DNA of 25,110 nucleotides from a virus (IMGVR_UViG_3300029919_000026:1-25110), one strand, 5' to 3'. Positions 1 through 9,107 are shown, counted from the stretch's first letter. Translations and numbers: made by a program. Notes: generated from the sequence alone by a model not told the origin.

Positions 1-14
1 ACGGATTTATGCAT
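1..14 (-). CDS. 5' start of a gene running off the left edge (late/lysis-region position)
   Basis: Minus strand reads GAGG-TTCACC-ATG CAT AAA TCC; only 4 codons are visible. Confidence 0.3.
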
Positions 15-71
15 GGTGAACCTCAAATACAAAAGCCCAGCACCTGGGAAGATGTGGGGCTTGGAAATTTG

Positions 72-145
72 TGCTGCGGGTTGGCCTCGAACCAACGACA
101 TCCAGCTTACAAGGCTGGCGTTCTCCCCGTCTGAACTACCGCAGC
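72..145 (-). tRNA. tRNA-Thr (anticodon UGU), CCA not encoded
   Basis: Reverse complement folds as a cloverleaf: acceptor GCTGCGG/CCGCAGC, D stem GTTC/GAAC, anticodon arm CCAGC-CTTGTAA-GCTGG, T arm GTTGG-TTCGAGG-CCAAC, discriminator A followed by CAA. Confidence 0.9.
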
Positions 146-348
146 GGTAAATCATCACCCGGCGATCACATCGGGCCGCATGCGCGGACGGCAACACCTG
201 ATCCAAACGCAAAAAACCCGGCCAGATCCAGCCGAGAGGGCCGTTTTTTGCCGGGTTTAATATACAAGCGCAATTATGCAATGTATCTAATTATGAATTA
301 TACGCACGAAGATCGTGCCGATCAAGCTTAAATGGATAGCCGATGGAT

Positions 349-936
349 TTAAGCGGCTTTTTTGTGTGTTTTCCCCACACTGCTTTTCACCACGCCCGAC
401 TCGCACAAAACATCCGCCATATTGGCTTGGGCTTGCGACTCCAGGGTCTTGAGTGCGTTGGCCACTTTGTAAAATGCCTTCTTTACCTTGTCCTCGCCCT
501 CAGAGAACTGTGTCGCAATGCTGGCGAATGTCCGCTTGGCTGTCGAGGGCAGAAAGTGGCGCATCACCAGCTCGCGCGCCATGCGCTCATGGATAGTCTC
601 TGCCGCAGGCATTGCGATGTTCGTCGCCAGCAGCACGCACGATCCCCTAAATCCATCTGACAATTCCGCCCGCCCGCAGCACTCGCAGCGCCCAGCATCC
701 TCGTCATATGGGCTGCCAAACCTCGCCACCAGCGCGGCCTCTTTGACCTTGCCAAGCTCGAAGGCCATGTAAGCGATAAAACCCGCCTGCGCGGCGCCAT
801 CGATGCCAATCAGTCCCAAGCCATTCCCCAATGGCGTCGGATCGACTTTTTGCACCTTTGCGTACTGCTGGCTGCTGAATCGGAATGCGAACATCAAAGC
901 GTCCGCCAAGTTTTCCCAGATGTAATCTTTTTCCAT
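349..936 (-). CDS. Phage protein in the Q (late antiterminator/regulator) position
   Basis: 195 aa ORF after rusA and before the tRNA/late region; GLxGxDGAAQAG and CECC motifs; function inferred from synteny only. Confidence 0.5.
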   Translation of the reverse strand: MEKDYIWENLADALMFAFRFSSQQYAKVQKVDPTPLGNGLGLIGIDGAAQAGFIAYMAFELGKVKEAALVARFGSPYDEDAGRCECCGRAELSDGFRGSCVLLATNIAMPAAETIHERMARELVMRHFLPSTAKRTFASIATQFSEGEDKVKKAFYKVANALKTLESQAQANMADVLCESGVVKSSVGKTHKKAA

Positions 937-959
937 CGCCCTTGCCCGCCCCTTTTGAA

Positions 960-1337
960 TTACGCCCCAATAATCGAAACTGTCACTTGCAACCCGCCCC
1001 CAGGTCGCACTGATGATCTAACTACTGATAGCCGATCAATCTGGCTGTCGTCGCCCCACACCCCCGCGTGGGTCAAACTATCGAGCGTTGCCTTGATGAT
1101 GTTGTCCACGTCCCGTTTGCGCTTGTCTGGAGGGCTCATGATGATTTCAACATTTAGGCGCCCAGCGATTGGCTTTCGACCGAGAAACATGGCCCTGACC
1201 GCTTCCCGATATGCCCGGCCTTTCTCACTAATCATGTGACGGCCAGCCAGTGGTCCGCTTGTCGGGTGGCGCCAATAGCTGTTCACGGAAGGCGGGTATG
1301 GCATTGCCAGCACGTAGTCGCTCATGTGCCCGGTCAT
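960..1337 (-). CDS. rusA: RusA family Holliday junction resolvase
   Basis: PYPPSVNSYWR, PPDKRKRDVDNIIKATLDSLTHAGVWGDDSQI motifs; start uncertain (1337 or 1325). Confidence 0.9.
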   Translation of the reverse strand: MTGHMSDYVLAMPYPPSVNSYWRHPTSGPLAGRHMISEKGRAYREAVRAMFLGRKPIAGRLNVEIIMSPPDKRKRDVDNIIKATLDSLTHAGVWGDDSQIDRLSVVRSSVRPGGGLQVTVSIIGA

Positions 1338-1559
1338 CGAGACTTCCTTTCGCAATGTGTGCACTTCAGCCCTTGTACCAAAATCACCCCTTTCGTTCCG
1401 CCATCCCCATGACGGTCTTAACTTACGGCTTCCAACTCGGATCTACTTCAAGCATCGCCTGCGTGTACCAATAGAGCTGAGCAAGCTGTCGTCGCTGTTC
1501 TCTGGCAACGAAACATTGCCACCGGCAAAAGAGTGCAACGTGTGCATTCATCTCAACTC

Positions 1560-1748
1560 CTATGCCGCTTTGCGGCTCATTACTGCAGCGGCCTTTGCCT
1601 CTGCACTCGTTCTGAAATTCCCCACAAGCTTCTCTAGCCGCCACAACTCGAACCGCTCTGGCACGGCTAGTGGGTAGCGGTAGATTCGCCACTCGCCGGA
1701 CTTGATGCAGAGGTCTGTGACTTTTATCCAGTTCATTGCGCAAACCAC
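1560..1748 (-). CDS. Small phage hypothetical protein
   Basis: 62 aa ORF in operon orientation, overlapping its neighbour. Confidence 0.5.
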   Translation of the reverse strand: MVCAMNWIKVTDLCIKSGEWRIYRYPLAVPERFELWRLEKLVGNFRTSAEAKAAAVMSRKAA

Positions 1749-1837
1749 ACCATCAAAATCAACGGTGAAAATGTGATGGCCAGCACCACGGCCAGGGCCA
1801 CAGTGGTGACGGTTTTATGTAGTCCGGTGCGTTTCAT
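1733..1837 (-). CDS. Small membrane peptide
   Basis: MKRTGLHKTVTTVALAVVLAITFSPLILMVWFAQ; ATGA overlap with upstream gene stop at 1834. Confidence 0.4.
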   Translation of the reverse strand: MKRTGLHKTVTTVALAVVLAITFSPLILMVWFAQ

Positions 1838-2223
1838 GCTGCCCCCTTGATTTCCAATAGTCCCAGATCGCGCATGCGGCGCAAGGTTCGAATATTGGCC
1901 CGACGCATGTACCAATCGTTCTCACCCGGTTCGAATTGATGCGGCACACGGCCATCAATCACGTCATGACAGGCTGAACATCCGAATCCGCTACTTAGGT
2001 CATCGGCCTTGCGCGCCCAGCCATGAGACTCGTCAGGCAAGTGGCAAAGAACGGTTGTTGACCAGTTGCCGTTACAGACACCGGGTATTTGAAAGGTGCA
2101 AGGCTCCCCGGCGGCGCTATCGCGGATCTGCTTGGATTGGATACGATTGGTTTGGCGCTTGCCGGTGCCAGGCGTATCACCTGGACGTGGAACGCATTTC
2201 GATGGGCGGGTGGTTGAACTCAT
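1834..2223 (-). CDS. DUF1364/YbcO-like putative nuclease (nin region)
   Basis: IRDSAAGEPCTFQIPGVCN..TTVLCHL..GCSACHDVIDGR pattern. Confidence 0.8.
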   Translation of the reverse strand: MSSTTRPSKCVPRPGDTPGTGKRQTNRIQSKQIRDSAAGEPCTFQIPGVCNGNWSTTVLCHLPDESHGWARKADDLSSGFGCSACHDVIDGRVPHQFEPGENDWYMRRANIRTLRRMRDLGLLEIKGAA

Positions 2224-2555
2224 AGAATCCTCGTCACGATGTTTCCGCCCGAGCGGCTAGGGAGCGATGCATATCGATTTGCAGTGCGAATGGCCTCGCA
2301 CAGCTCGTACGTAGACTTGTATCCACGCGGTAGAATCTCGTTACGCGTCTCACCAGTTAGAATCAGGCATATGGCGTGCGGATCCGTTTCGATTTCCATG
2401 CCATCGATGTAGTCGGCTATCTCCCACAGAAAGTCTGCTAGCTTGTTCTTTGCCCGGAACGGCGCAGGAAACACAGGGAATTGCAGAACGTCAGCGCCAT
2501 TGGTCTTGCGGACCACGCCTGCAGATTCGAACAGGGATAGTTGCTCGGTACTCAC
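2220..2555 (-). CDS. Hypothetical phage protein
   Basis: 111 aa ORF with ATGA overlaps on both sides. Confidence 0.6.
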   Translation of the reverse strand: MSTEQLSLFESAGVVRKTNGADVLQFPVFPAPFRAKNKLADFLWEIADYIDGMEIETDPHAICLILTGETRNEILPRGYKSTYELCEAIRTANRYASLPSRSGGNIVTRIL

Positions 2556-3136
2556 GCAGCCTCCCAGGCATATACATCAGCCATGCGTTCAATCTCTCCG
2601 GCGCTACAATCCGGCCAGTACCGGTCGGCAACCCACTGAGCCAGTGCGTGCATGACGTTTTGAAACCTGACTTCGTCCATACTGTCGAAACTTAGGGATC
2701 TTGCCACGCGCTGTTCGAACACTTGGCCGCGCACAACATCGAATGCGATATTAACGACGCTTTCCATGTGCTGGCCTGCCTTCTGACCGATAAACGCGGC
2801 AACACACTCCGCAACAGGGTCAATCAAGATGGCCGTGTAATCGCACTCAACGCCCGATTCGATCTGCAGACGCTTAAGAACGGCGTGCGGGTCCATTCCA
2901 GAGAATGACGGAACATTCATCGCGACTACCTCGCCAAATTTGTGCGCAAGGCCCCAAAAGCCACCGTTGCGCGGCTGACTAATATCGCATTTGAGCCACT
3001 GACCAACTCTGATCTGGCGACGACGTAGTTCATCGCGATCCTGCTTTGTAGCTGGGACCATTGCCCCAACCATTTCACCTGTCTTCGGGTCAGATAGTTC
3101 GCGTACCGCCATGCGGATTGGTTGTTTTTTGCTCAT
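2552..3136 (-). CDS. DUF1367/NinB-like phage protein
   Basis: VPAT..D...RVGQWLKCDISQPRN and SLSFDSMDEVRF motifs; ATGA coupling at 3133-3136. Confidence 0.6.
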   Translation of the reverse strand: MSKKQPIRMAVRELSDPKTGEMVGAMVPATKQDRDELRRRQIRVGQWLKCDISQPRNGGFWGLAHKFGEVVAMNVPSFSGMDPHAVLKRLQIESGVECDYTAILIDPVAECVAAFIGQKAGQHMESVVNIAFDVVRGQVFEQRVARSLSFDSMDEVRFQNVMHALAQWVADRYWPDCSAGEIERMADVYAWEAA

Positions 3137-3942
3137 GCGGCCACCCCGCGCGCGTCCTGCCAGTCGAATACCTTGACCTCGCAACCGTCTTCTTTCAGGC
3201 GGCTGTATAGGCGATCACCAATAGCAATCTTGATTTCGTCTAGCGTGAGATTTGATAGAAGGATGGTTGGCTTGCGGTTTTCATACCGGCCATTTACCAC
3301 AGCGAAAAGTGACCGATGTTCTGTATCGGTTCCAGACTGAATCCCTACCTCATCCAAAATCAACAGATCAGGGAAGGTATATAAGGCGATTGCCTGTGAC
3401 TCGTTGATTTTCCCGCTAAAAGATTTCGATTCGCGGATAGTGCGAGCCATGGTATCCACGGTCGTGAAGATGGCCGTCCGGTTGTAGCGATGCATGATCC
3501 GCAGAGCGATGCCGCACGAAAGGTGCGTCTTGCCGGTGCCGTAGTTGCCGAGGAAGATCGCGCCGCGCCCGGAGTGCTCGCCTTTAAACTCGTCAGCATA
3601 GGCAACTGCAAATTCCAACACATCGCGCTGCCCATCACACTCGACGCGGTAATTTTTGAGGCTGCAGGACTGGAAGCGCAACGGAATGCCTGAACTGCCC
3701 AAGGCATGCAGCCATGCAGACTTATGACGCTCAGCCGCTTCTGCAGCATCCTTTGCTATCTGTTCGGCTTCTGACTGCTTGCGGGCCTCTGCAGCGCATG
3801 TAGGGCACTTGGTCCAGACTCGCCCAAGCGGATTGCGTGAAGTGAATTCGCCATGGCGCTCGCATGTATCTTGGCGTTCTTCTGGCTGAGCCGGAATGAT
3901 GGCGGCGGCAATAGCGCCAACCGATTGGAGATGGTCGTTCAT
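3133..3942 (-). CDS. DnaC/IstB-like AAA+ helicase loader
   Basis: Walker A GNYGTGKT, Walker B LLILDEVG, RYENRKPTILLSNL, N-terminal CxxH...CxxC; start taken at ATG 3942 overlapping the upstream stop. Confidence 0.9.
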   Translation of the reverse strand: MNDHLQSVGAIAAAIIPAQPEERQDTCERHGEFTSRNPLGRVWTKCPTCAAEARKQSEAEQIAKDAAEAAERHKSAWLHALGSSGIPLRFQSCSLKNYRVECDGQRDVLEFAVAYADEFKGEHSGRGAIFLGNYGTGKTHLSCGIALRIMHRYNRTAIFTTVDTMARTIRESKSFSGKINESQAIALYTFPDLLILDEVGIQSGTDTEHRSLFAVVNGRYENRKPTILLSNLTLDEIKIAIGDRLYSRLKEDGCEVKVFDWQDARGVAA

Positions 3943-4670
3943 TGCAGCCTCCCACTTTGGCCATAGTCGCGTTGCTGGGTGCTTTCGCTGCCAACTGACT
4001 TGGCCATTAGCCATGATGCATTGAACCCCTGCCAACTGCGTTCAGTGCAAATCTGGATTGCATCTGCCAGTGTTAGGTTTGCCTTACTGGCCTCTCTGGC
4101 GATTGCGTCCAAGGCGGTCTGCGTCAGTGGTGCGCGCTTTGCTTTGCGGATAGACAAAAAGTCTTTTGCAACTTGTTCAGCAACCCCGTCAGCAAGCAAG
4201 ACAGCCAGAAAATCAGTGCGTACCGGCTTTCCCGGTGCGTTATGTTTTTTAATTACAGGATCAGAGGGGTTAGTGACAGGTTCTTGTGCGGCAATTTTCG
4301 CCGGTGGGTTCTGCGGTTTTTCGCCGGTGGCGAATTCTGCCGGTGGCGAAATTTTCCGCTGGTTTTTTGCTTTGTATCCAGTGGCGAATCCTGCCGGTGG
4401 CTTAGAGAGGTTTAACGAAACAAAATCAGTGGTTTTTGTACCATCTTGGCGGGCGCGCCCTACTCTGCTAATAAACCCATTTTTCTCTAGGAAGGCCAGG
4501 TGCTCACGCACGGTACGTTCTGACTGTTCTGTGTATTCTGCTATGTGGGCTTGCGATGGAAAACAGTGGCCGTGTTCATCAGCAAATTGAGCAAGAGCGG
4601 ATAGAGTTGCCTTGCGCCCTGAGCTTCCGGTCTTTTGCTTCCATGCCCATGCGAGTGCCTCGAAACTCAT
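3939..4670 (-). CDS. Phage replication initiator (N-terminal HTH, lambda O-position)
   Basis: MSFEALAWAW..LAQFADEHGHCFPSQAHIAEYTEQSERTVREHLAFLEKNGFI HTH; C-terminal WQGFNASWL; lies upstream of the loader and contains iterons. Confidence 0.85.
   Translation of the reverse strand: MSFEALAWAWKQKTGSSGRKATLSALAQFADEHGHCFPSQAHIAEYTEQSERTVREHLAFLEKNGFISRVGRARQDGTKTTDFVSLNLSKPPAGFATGYKAKNQRKISPPAEFATGEKPQNPPAKIAAQEPVTNPSDPVIKKHNAPGKPVRTDFLAVLLADGVAEQVAKDFLSIRKAKRAPLTQTALDAIAREASKANLTLADAIQICTERSWQGFNASWLMAKSVGSESTQQRDYGQSGRLQ
4291..4400. repeat. Iteron cluster, probable phage replication origin
   Basis: Repeated (c/t)gccggtgg and gtggcgaa units (e.g. ttttcgccggtgg twice, ctgccggtggc twice) inside the initiator gene. 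Confidence 0.7.
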
Positions 4671-5353
4671 GCTGCGACCTTTCTTGCAATCCACATGCCT
4701 GCCACCCACTGAATACCCTTTGGGGTGAACTTGGCTTGATTGAATGCATGACCGCCATCTGATGCGCCGGCCTTTACTACAAATCGACCGGTATTCATGT
4801 GTTGGGCCATTGGGGTTAATGCCCCGCCAAGGCGATACATAATCCCGTTCTCAATGAGAAATTCACGAAACTCGGATTCGTTGGCGTTTAGGAGCTTGCA
4901 GACTTCACGGAACCCGCGATTGCCGGTACTTGATACATAGTGGTCAACAAACTCAACGGCAGGCCGTTGCTGTTCAATTACGGCGTGTTGTTGTTCGATC
5001 TGTTCGGCTTGATTGGCCGCCAACATCAACGCTTGAGCAAAAGTTTTAGGAATACTGAATTGCGCTTGCTGTTCTAGTTCTTGCCAGCGGTCAATAATCC
5101 GTGCGCGGACTTCGTCGCTGTATCCAGCAACAACCAAGTATGAATCACGTTCAGTTAGGTCATAAACATCAACGGGACGGCCGCCAGTGGCCTCTTGGCG
5201 AGTTTTACGACTTGATCGTAAAAGTCCTTTTTCAAACAACCTATTAATGGTTGCAACCACATCGTTGTGCCTCGCTTCGCACAATTCAGCGATTTCGCGA
5301 CTGCTCATTGTTAGGTTGTTATTGACTATCAGTGGTGTGTTTTGCATAATCAC
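4667..5353 (-). CDS. Rha-family regulator fused to an antirepressor (KilAC/ANT) C-terminal domain
   Basis: MSSREIAELCEARHNDV..IIDRWQELE (Rha); PAVEFVD..FREVCKLL..FTPKGIQWV (KilAC). Confidence 0.85.
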   Translation of the reverse strand: MIMQNTPLIVNNNLTMSSREIAELCEARHNDVVATINRLFEKGLLRSSRKTRQEATGGRPVDVYDLTERDSYLVVAGYSDEVRARIIDRWQELEQQAQFSIPKTFAQALMLAANQAEQIEQQHAVIEQQRPAVEFVDHYVSSTGNRGFREVCKLLNANESEFREFLIENGIMYRLGGALTPMAQHMNTGRFVVKAGASDGGHAFNQAKFTPKGIQWVAGMWIARKVAA

Positions 5354-5511
5354 CCTCAGTAGGTTTTAAGCCCCGCGAGACCCGGCAAGGTCTATGACCG
5401 GGGCTTTTTGCTGTCTGTCGTTCTTGGCCGCAGACTCTGCCGTTGTTGGGTGACGCCCCAATCAGGTTTATGCTGTTGTCTCTAACCACAAACAGCGCCG
5501 ATTGGAACGTC

Positions 5512-5739
5512 ATGAAAGTCAATGAACTATCTGTTCGCACCCTTGAGTACGACATCAACCTTAGTGGGACCGCCATTCGAGTTAACCGGGTTATTGAACT
5601 TTCCGGCGGTGAAAAAATTACGTTTTCCGTTGACGTAAAGCCTGGGAAAGAGCCGACCCTTAAAGAGGTTCACCTGCTGAGCCTGGATCGAGTACAGGAG
5701 ATTCTCTCGACACTCTTTCCAAGATCCCAACCTGACTAA
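5512..5739 (+). CDS. Hypothetical protein, counter-oriented (moron-like)
   Basis: 75 aa ORF on the strand opposite its operon. Confidence 0.4.
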   Translation: MKVNELSVRTLEYDINLSGTAIRVNRVIELSGGEKITFSVDVKPGKEPTLKEVHLLSLDRVQEILSTLFPRSQPD

Positions 5740-5904
5740 CTGCATACCGATCTTCCAAATCTTCGGGACGGGCAGCGCTTTCAACCTTTACAGCCGCAAT
5801 GAGAGCGGCCCGAATACCCGAAATCAGGGCGTCGCGGTCAATTGAAATTTTCACCGTGTAAGGCTTAAATCCGCCCTGCTCTTGCGGGGCTTTTTGTTGA
5901 CCAG

Positions 5905-6162
5905 TCACGCCGCCACCTCCCTGTCTATATCAACCGGTGCAACCTGCTCGGCACCGGGTAGAGTCACGCGCTTAGCCACCATTAAGCAGTGGGCATTCTG
6001 TGAAGCGACCCGCTCAAATTGGATGGTGCAAAGTGGGCGCCCTTCTGCGTCTGAAACGGGCAGGAAATACGCATCGGCTAGATGGCTCAGATCAATCACT
6101 AATCGATGCGAGCCATCTGGTGCCGGTACTAATCTAGTTTCAGAAACGCACGGCTTAGTCAT
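5905..6162 (-). CDS. Hypothetical phage protein
   Basis: 85 aa ORF ending EVAA with ATGA overlaps on both sides. Confidence 0.5.
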   Translation of the reverse strand: MTKPCVSETRLVPAPDGSHRLVIDLSHLADAYFLPVSDAEGRPLCTIQFERVASQNAHCLMVAKRVTLPGAEQVAPVDIDREVAA

Positions 6163-6338
6163 GCGGCCGCCCGCTGCTCTTGCTGCTTACGCAACTCTTC
6201 ACGCACCTTCTCTTTCAGGTAATTACGGAAGAACGCGGAGTGACTAATATCGTCACCGTTACCAGTGAGCGATTGGAGGGCGATGTATTCCTCGGCGTTG
6301 AGAAGCACCTGAACCCTTTGATCCCTTATATCTGCCAT
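6159..6338 (-). CDS. Small ribbon-helix-helix-like DNA-binding protein in cII position (absent from the ORF track)
   Basis: Manual translation: MADIRDQRVQVLLNAEEYIALQSLTGNGDDISHSAFFRNYLKEKVREELRKQQEQRAAA (59 aa); ATGA overlap with the next gene. Confidence 0.6.
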   Translation of the reverse strand: MADIRDQRVQVLLNAEEYIALQSLTGNGDDISHSAFFRNYLKEKVREELRKQQEQRAAA

Positions 6339-6487
6339 CTGAAACCCCTATTGCGTAAGACCTACACACCTGATGCACATGTATGTGGACTTAAGTTTTC
6401 TGCTCACATACTCTTCGGTTGTGAGCTACGCCCTTGCTCATGCCTCTCGGGAGCCGCTTAGCTTCCCCGCCCTGCGGCTCCCAACCT

Positions 6488-6691
6488 TCAAACCTTCTTC
6501 CTACTGTCATGGTCAGTCTGATCGAGCTTATAAAGCTCAGGAAAATCGCGGCATAAATTGTATGCACTTCCATCCGGGATCTCTTCAGACCACTTGGATA
6601 CGGCAGCGGAGGACACCCCAAGGACACGAGCTACGCGGCTTTTGGTCCCTCGGCCCCCGCCAAAATATTTCATGACGGTTTCTCTTTTCAT
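6488..6691 (-). CDS. cro: Cro-like repressor
   Basis: 67 aa, KSRVARVLGVSSAAVSKW HTH, divergent from the CI-like gene. Confidence 0.85.
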   Translation of the reverse strand: MKRETVMKYFGGGRGTKSRVARVLGVSSAAVSKWSEEIPDGSAYNLCRDFPELYKLDQTDHDSRKKV

Positions 6692-6697
6692 TTCATG

Positions 6698-6760
6698 ATG
6701 ATAACTACAGTTTGCATTAAATGCAATCCTAGGTTCACAAAATATCCGCTAACCTTGGTT
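6698..6760 (-). promoter_or_regulatory. pR-like promoter with OR-like operators
   Basis: Minus strand TTGCAT(6726-6721)-17 bp-TATCAT(6703-6698); AAC-N4-GTT-type sites at 6703-6712, 6726-6735 (imperfect) and 6751-6760. Confidence 0.7.
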
Positions 6761-6763
6761 GAC

Positions 6764-7147
6764 ATGAACACTCTCGGACAACGTATTCAGAAGGCGCTAG
6801 ATGACCTGACTGAATCAACAGGTAAAAGGCACACGCCGAATTGGCTGGCAGTGCAAATTAAACTATCAAGAACCGCGGTTTATAAATGGATGAACAATCC
6901 AACTGCTGGCATTGATGGTGATAATTTGGTACGTGCATCTGCGGCGCTAAAGGTGAGGTCAGATTGGCTTGCGCTAAACAAAGGGCCTATGCGGGAAGAT
7001 AAGTCCGATACATTTCCGTCCATAAACATTGAGGCATCGTCTCCCGAGGAACTTGCCACGAAGCTTTCAGCTTATGACGCGCAGCGAATGCTAGAAATCG
7101 TGCAAATGGCGATGAAGTTGAAAGATCAAGACAAGCTGGACGATTGA
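6764..7147 (+). CDS. CI-like XRE repressor lacking an S24 peptidase domain
   Basis: MNTLGQRI..WLAVQIKLSRTAVYKWMN..ALKVRSDWLALNKGPM; 127 aa; divergent from cro. Confidence 0.85.
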   Translation: MNTLGQRIQKALDDLTESTGKRHTPNWLAVQIKLSRTAVYKWMNNPTAGIDGDNLVRASAALKVRSDWLALNKGPMREDKSDTFPSINIEASSPEELATKLSAYDAQRMLEIVQMAMKLKDQDKLDD

Positions 7148-7203
7148 GGAAATTTGAGAAGCTCGCAATTGCGGGCTTATGTCGTTAATTTGGGAGAATA
7201 AAA

Positions 7204-7977
7204 TTGGGAAGCCTACCGGCTGGCGTGCCGCAGAAGAAAGTGCAGATTGTTGATACGACGATACCGGTCATCGAGTATCGGGGGCAGCGGGTTATTACCC
7301 TGGCTATTATGGACGTCATCCACCACCGACCTGACGGAACGGCCAAAAGGGCATTCCAAACATACAAAGACAGGCTAGAAGAAGGAAAACACTTCTATCT
7401 TGTTGATTATACTCAAAAGAACGAATTTCGTTCTTTTGAAATTGACGTACCTCCTCGCGGCCTGACTGTCCTTACTGAGCGCGGATATTCAATGCTGGTC
7501 AAATCCTTCACGGATGACTTTGCATGGGAAGTTCAAGAGCAACTGTCAGATAGCTATTTCGACAACCAGAAGCCGATGAGCACGGCAGAATTTCTGGTGC
7601 AGCAGGCCAACCTGATACTCGAGCATGAAAACCAAATCAAGGCGCTACGCGAACATCAGCACCGGACGGACCAGCACCTAGTAGAAACAAATCAAAAAAT
7701 TCGTGCCCTCAGCGAAAAGGCTGACGAAGCTTTCGAGGCGGCATCAGCTGCGCTTCAGCACAAATTCGGACGTTCTGACTATTTCACTGTGATGGCCTTC
7801 TCTTCGACTCTTGGCGTTAGCCTTGACCTGACAATGGCCAAAACATATGGCGCCAGGGCATCGCAGCTATCCCGCCAGCAAGACATGCAAATCATGAAGG
7901 TTCCTGATGAACGGTTCGGTAAAGTTAATTCGTATCACTCAAGCATCCTAAAGCAAGTGTTTGATGACCTAACGTGA
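7204..7977 (+). CDS. ORF6N-domain (antirepressor-type) DNA-binding protein
   Basis: IEYRGQRVITLAIMDVIHHRPDGTAKRAF..LEEGKHF..LTERGYSMLVKSFTDDFAWEVQ; start uncertain. Confidence 0.8.
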   Translation: MGSLPAGVPQKKVQIVDTTIPVIEYRGQRVITLAIMDVIHHRPDGTAKRAFQTYKDRLEEGKHFYLVDYTQKNEFRSFEIDVPPRGLTVLTERGYSMLVKSFTDDFAWEVQEQLSDSYFDNQKPMSTAEFLVQQANLILEHENQIKALREHQHRTDQHLVETNQKIRALSEKADEAFEAASAALQHKFGRSDYFTVMAFSSTLGVSLDLTMAKTYGARASQLSRQQDMQIMKVPDERFGKVNSYHSSILKQVFDDLT

Positions 7978-8057
7978 CTATCCGCGTCATCGCCATCCTT
8001 GTGTTTTAGATTGCGCCGCTAGGCGCCTACCACTAGCCAGCGCCAGCGGGCTTTGTA

Positions 8058-8104
8058 TTGTCAACCATGCCTTATTGCTCTATATTGCCTACATATGTAG
8101 GCAA
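8058..8104 (+). promoter_or_regulatory. TA-module promoter with palindromic operator
   Basis: TTGTCA(8058-8063)-17 bp-TATATT(8081-8086), overlapped by the perfect 20-bp palindrome TTGCCTACATATGTAGGCAA (8085-8104). Confidence 0.8.
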
Positions 8105-8118
8105 ACAAGGAGAACGCA

Positions 8119-8349
8119 ATGAGTGTCGCAGTGCGGATTGACGCAAATCTCTATGAGCAAGCCAGGGCTGAGGCGACGGCTGAACACCGCTCAATTGCTG
8201 GGCAGATTGAATTCTGGGCCACGATTGGCCGGGTCGCATTAGACAATCCAGATCTACCCGTATCGTTTATTGCTGAGTCTATGGCCTCAATGGCTGAGCC
8301 AAGGGATCAAGCACAGCCATTTGAGCCAAGAAGCCGTAAAGCCTCATGA
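8119..8349 (+). CDS. ParD-like antitoxin (RHH)
   Basis: VRIDANLYEQARAEATAEHRSIAGQIEFWATIGRVALDNPDLP; AGGAG RBS; ATGA overlap with the toxin. Confidence 0.85.
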   Translation: MSVAVRIDANLYEQARAEATAEHRSIAGQIEFWATIGRVALDNPDLPVSFIAESMASMAEPRDQAQPFEPRSRKAS

Positions 8350-8624
8350 AGTACGAAGCGAGACAGACCAAGCGGTTTGGGCGCCAATATAAAAAGCTGC
8401 AGGACAACATCGCGGCTGACGTAGACGGCGCTGTAGAGGCTGTTTGCACAGACCCGGATATTGGCGAACGAAAAAAAGGGGATCTAGCCTCCCTGTGGGT
8501 CTACAAATTTCGCAGTCAAGGCCAACTCTGGCTGTTGGGTTATACGCGCGACGACTCCATTCGATTGGTTTACCTGGAGGCCGTTGGGTCTCATGAGAAT
8601 TTCTACCGAGACATAAAGCGGTAG
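8346..8624 (+). CDS. RelE/ParE-family type II toxin
   Basis: FGRQYKKL..PDIGERKKGDLASLWVYKF..LLGY..GSHENFYRDIKR. Confidence 0.9.
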   Translation: MKYEARQTKRFGRQYKKLQDNIAADVDGAVEAVCTDPDIGERKKGDLASLWVYKFRSQGQLWLLGYTRDDSIRLVYLEAVGSHENFYRDIKR

Positions 8625-8642
8625 CCTGCACAGAATACCTTT

Positions 8643-8664
8643 AGCCCGCAATCGCGGGCTTTAT
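8643..8664 (+). terminator. Intrinsic terminator after the TA pair
   Basis: AGCCCGC-AATC-GCGGGCT followed by TTATT. Confidence 0.6.
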
Positions 8665-8762
8665 TGCATCGAATGTCGGTGACAATCAATCTGTATCCAG
8701 AACAATAATTCCTGATTTCATGCCAATAAATCCCGCTTTCAGAACGAGGCGTACCACATTAT

Positions 8763-9107
8763 GTGCGGATGAATTCGCTCGGTATCCGCATTAAAGAAGA
8801 ACGCATGCGTCGTGGTTGGACTCTAGAGGAGTTGGCCAGGCGTGCTAATGTCAGCAAAACCCTCATCTCTGAACTTGAGAACGATCCCAATCGTGGTACA
8901 ACAAAACTCTTGCAACTTGCGAGAGCGTTCAAGATGAATCCAGTGTACCTAGAGACGGGCAAAGGCCCGCGCGATAACCTGGTTGATCCGGCTGGCGCCT
9001 ACATTTCTGCCGAGTCAATTGAAGACCTTGCCGACAAGTTGGTAGCGCGTGGCGACGAAGAGGTTATAAAGCTCTGGCGCGCCATTCTCGCCGCCAAAAC
9101 AAAATAA
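8763..9107 (+). CDS. XRE HTH regulator, paralogue of the CI-like gene
   Basis: SLGIRIKEERMRRGWTLEELARRANVSKTLISELEN; C-terminal ISAESIEDLADKL resembles CI IEASSPEELATKL; start probably ATG 8769. Confidence 0.85.
   Translation: MRMNSLGIRIKEERMRRGWTLEELARRANVSKTLISELENDPNRGTTKLLQLARAFKMNPVYLETGKGPRDNLVDPAGAYISAESIEDLADKLVARGDEEVIKLWRAILAAKTK

Noticed and set aside
71-331. 86-aa plus-strand ORF
   Set aside because: It is antisense to the tRNA; the RVGLEPTTS..LQG pattern is a typical tRNA shadow translation.
1340-1555. Possible short or degraded ORF between rusA and the 1560 gene
   Set aside because: An RBS and ATG exist, but the frames stop early and no family is recognisable, so a gene or pseudogene call cannot be supported.
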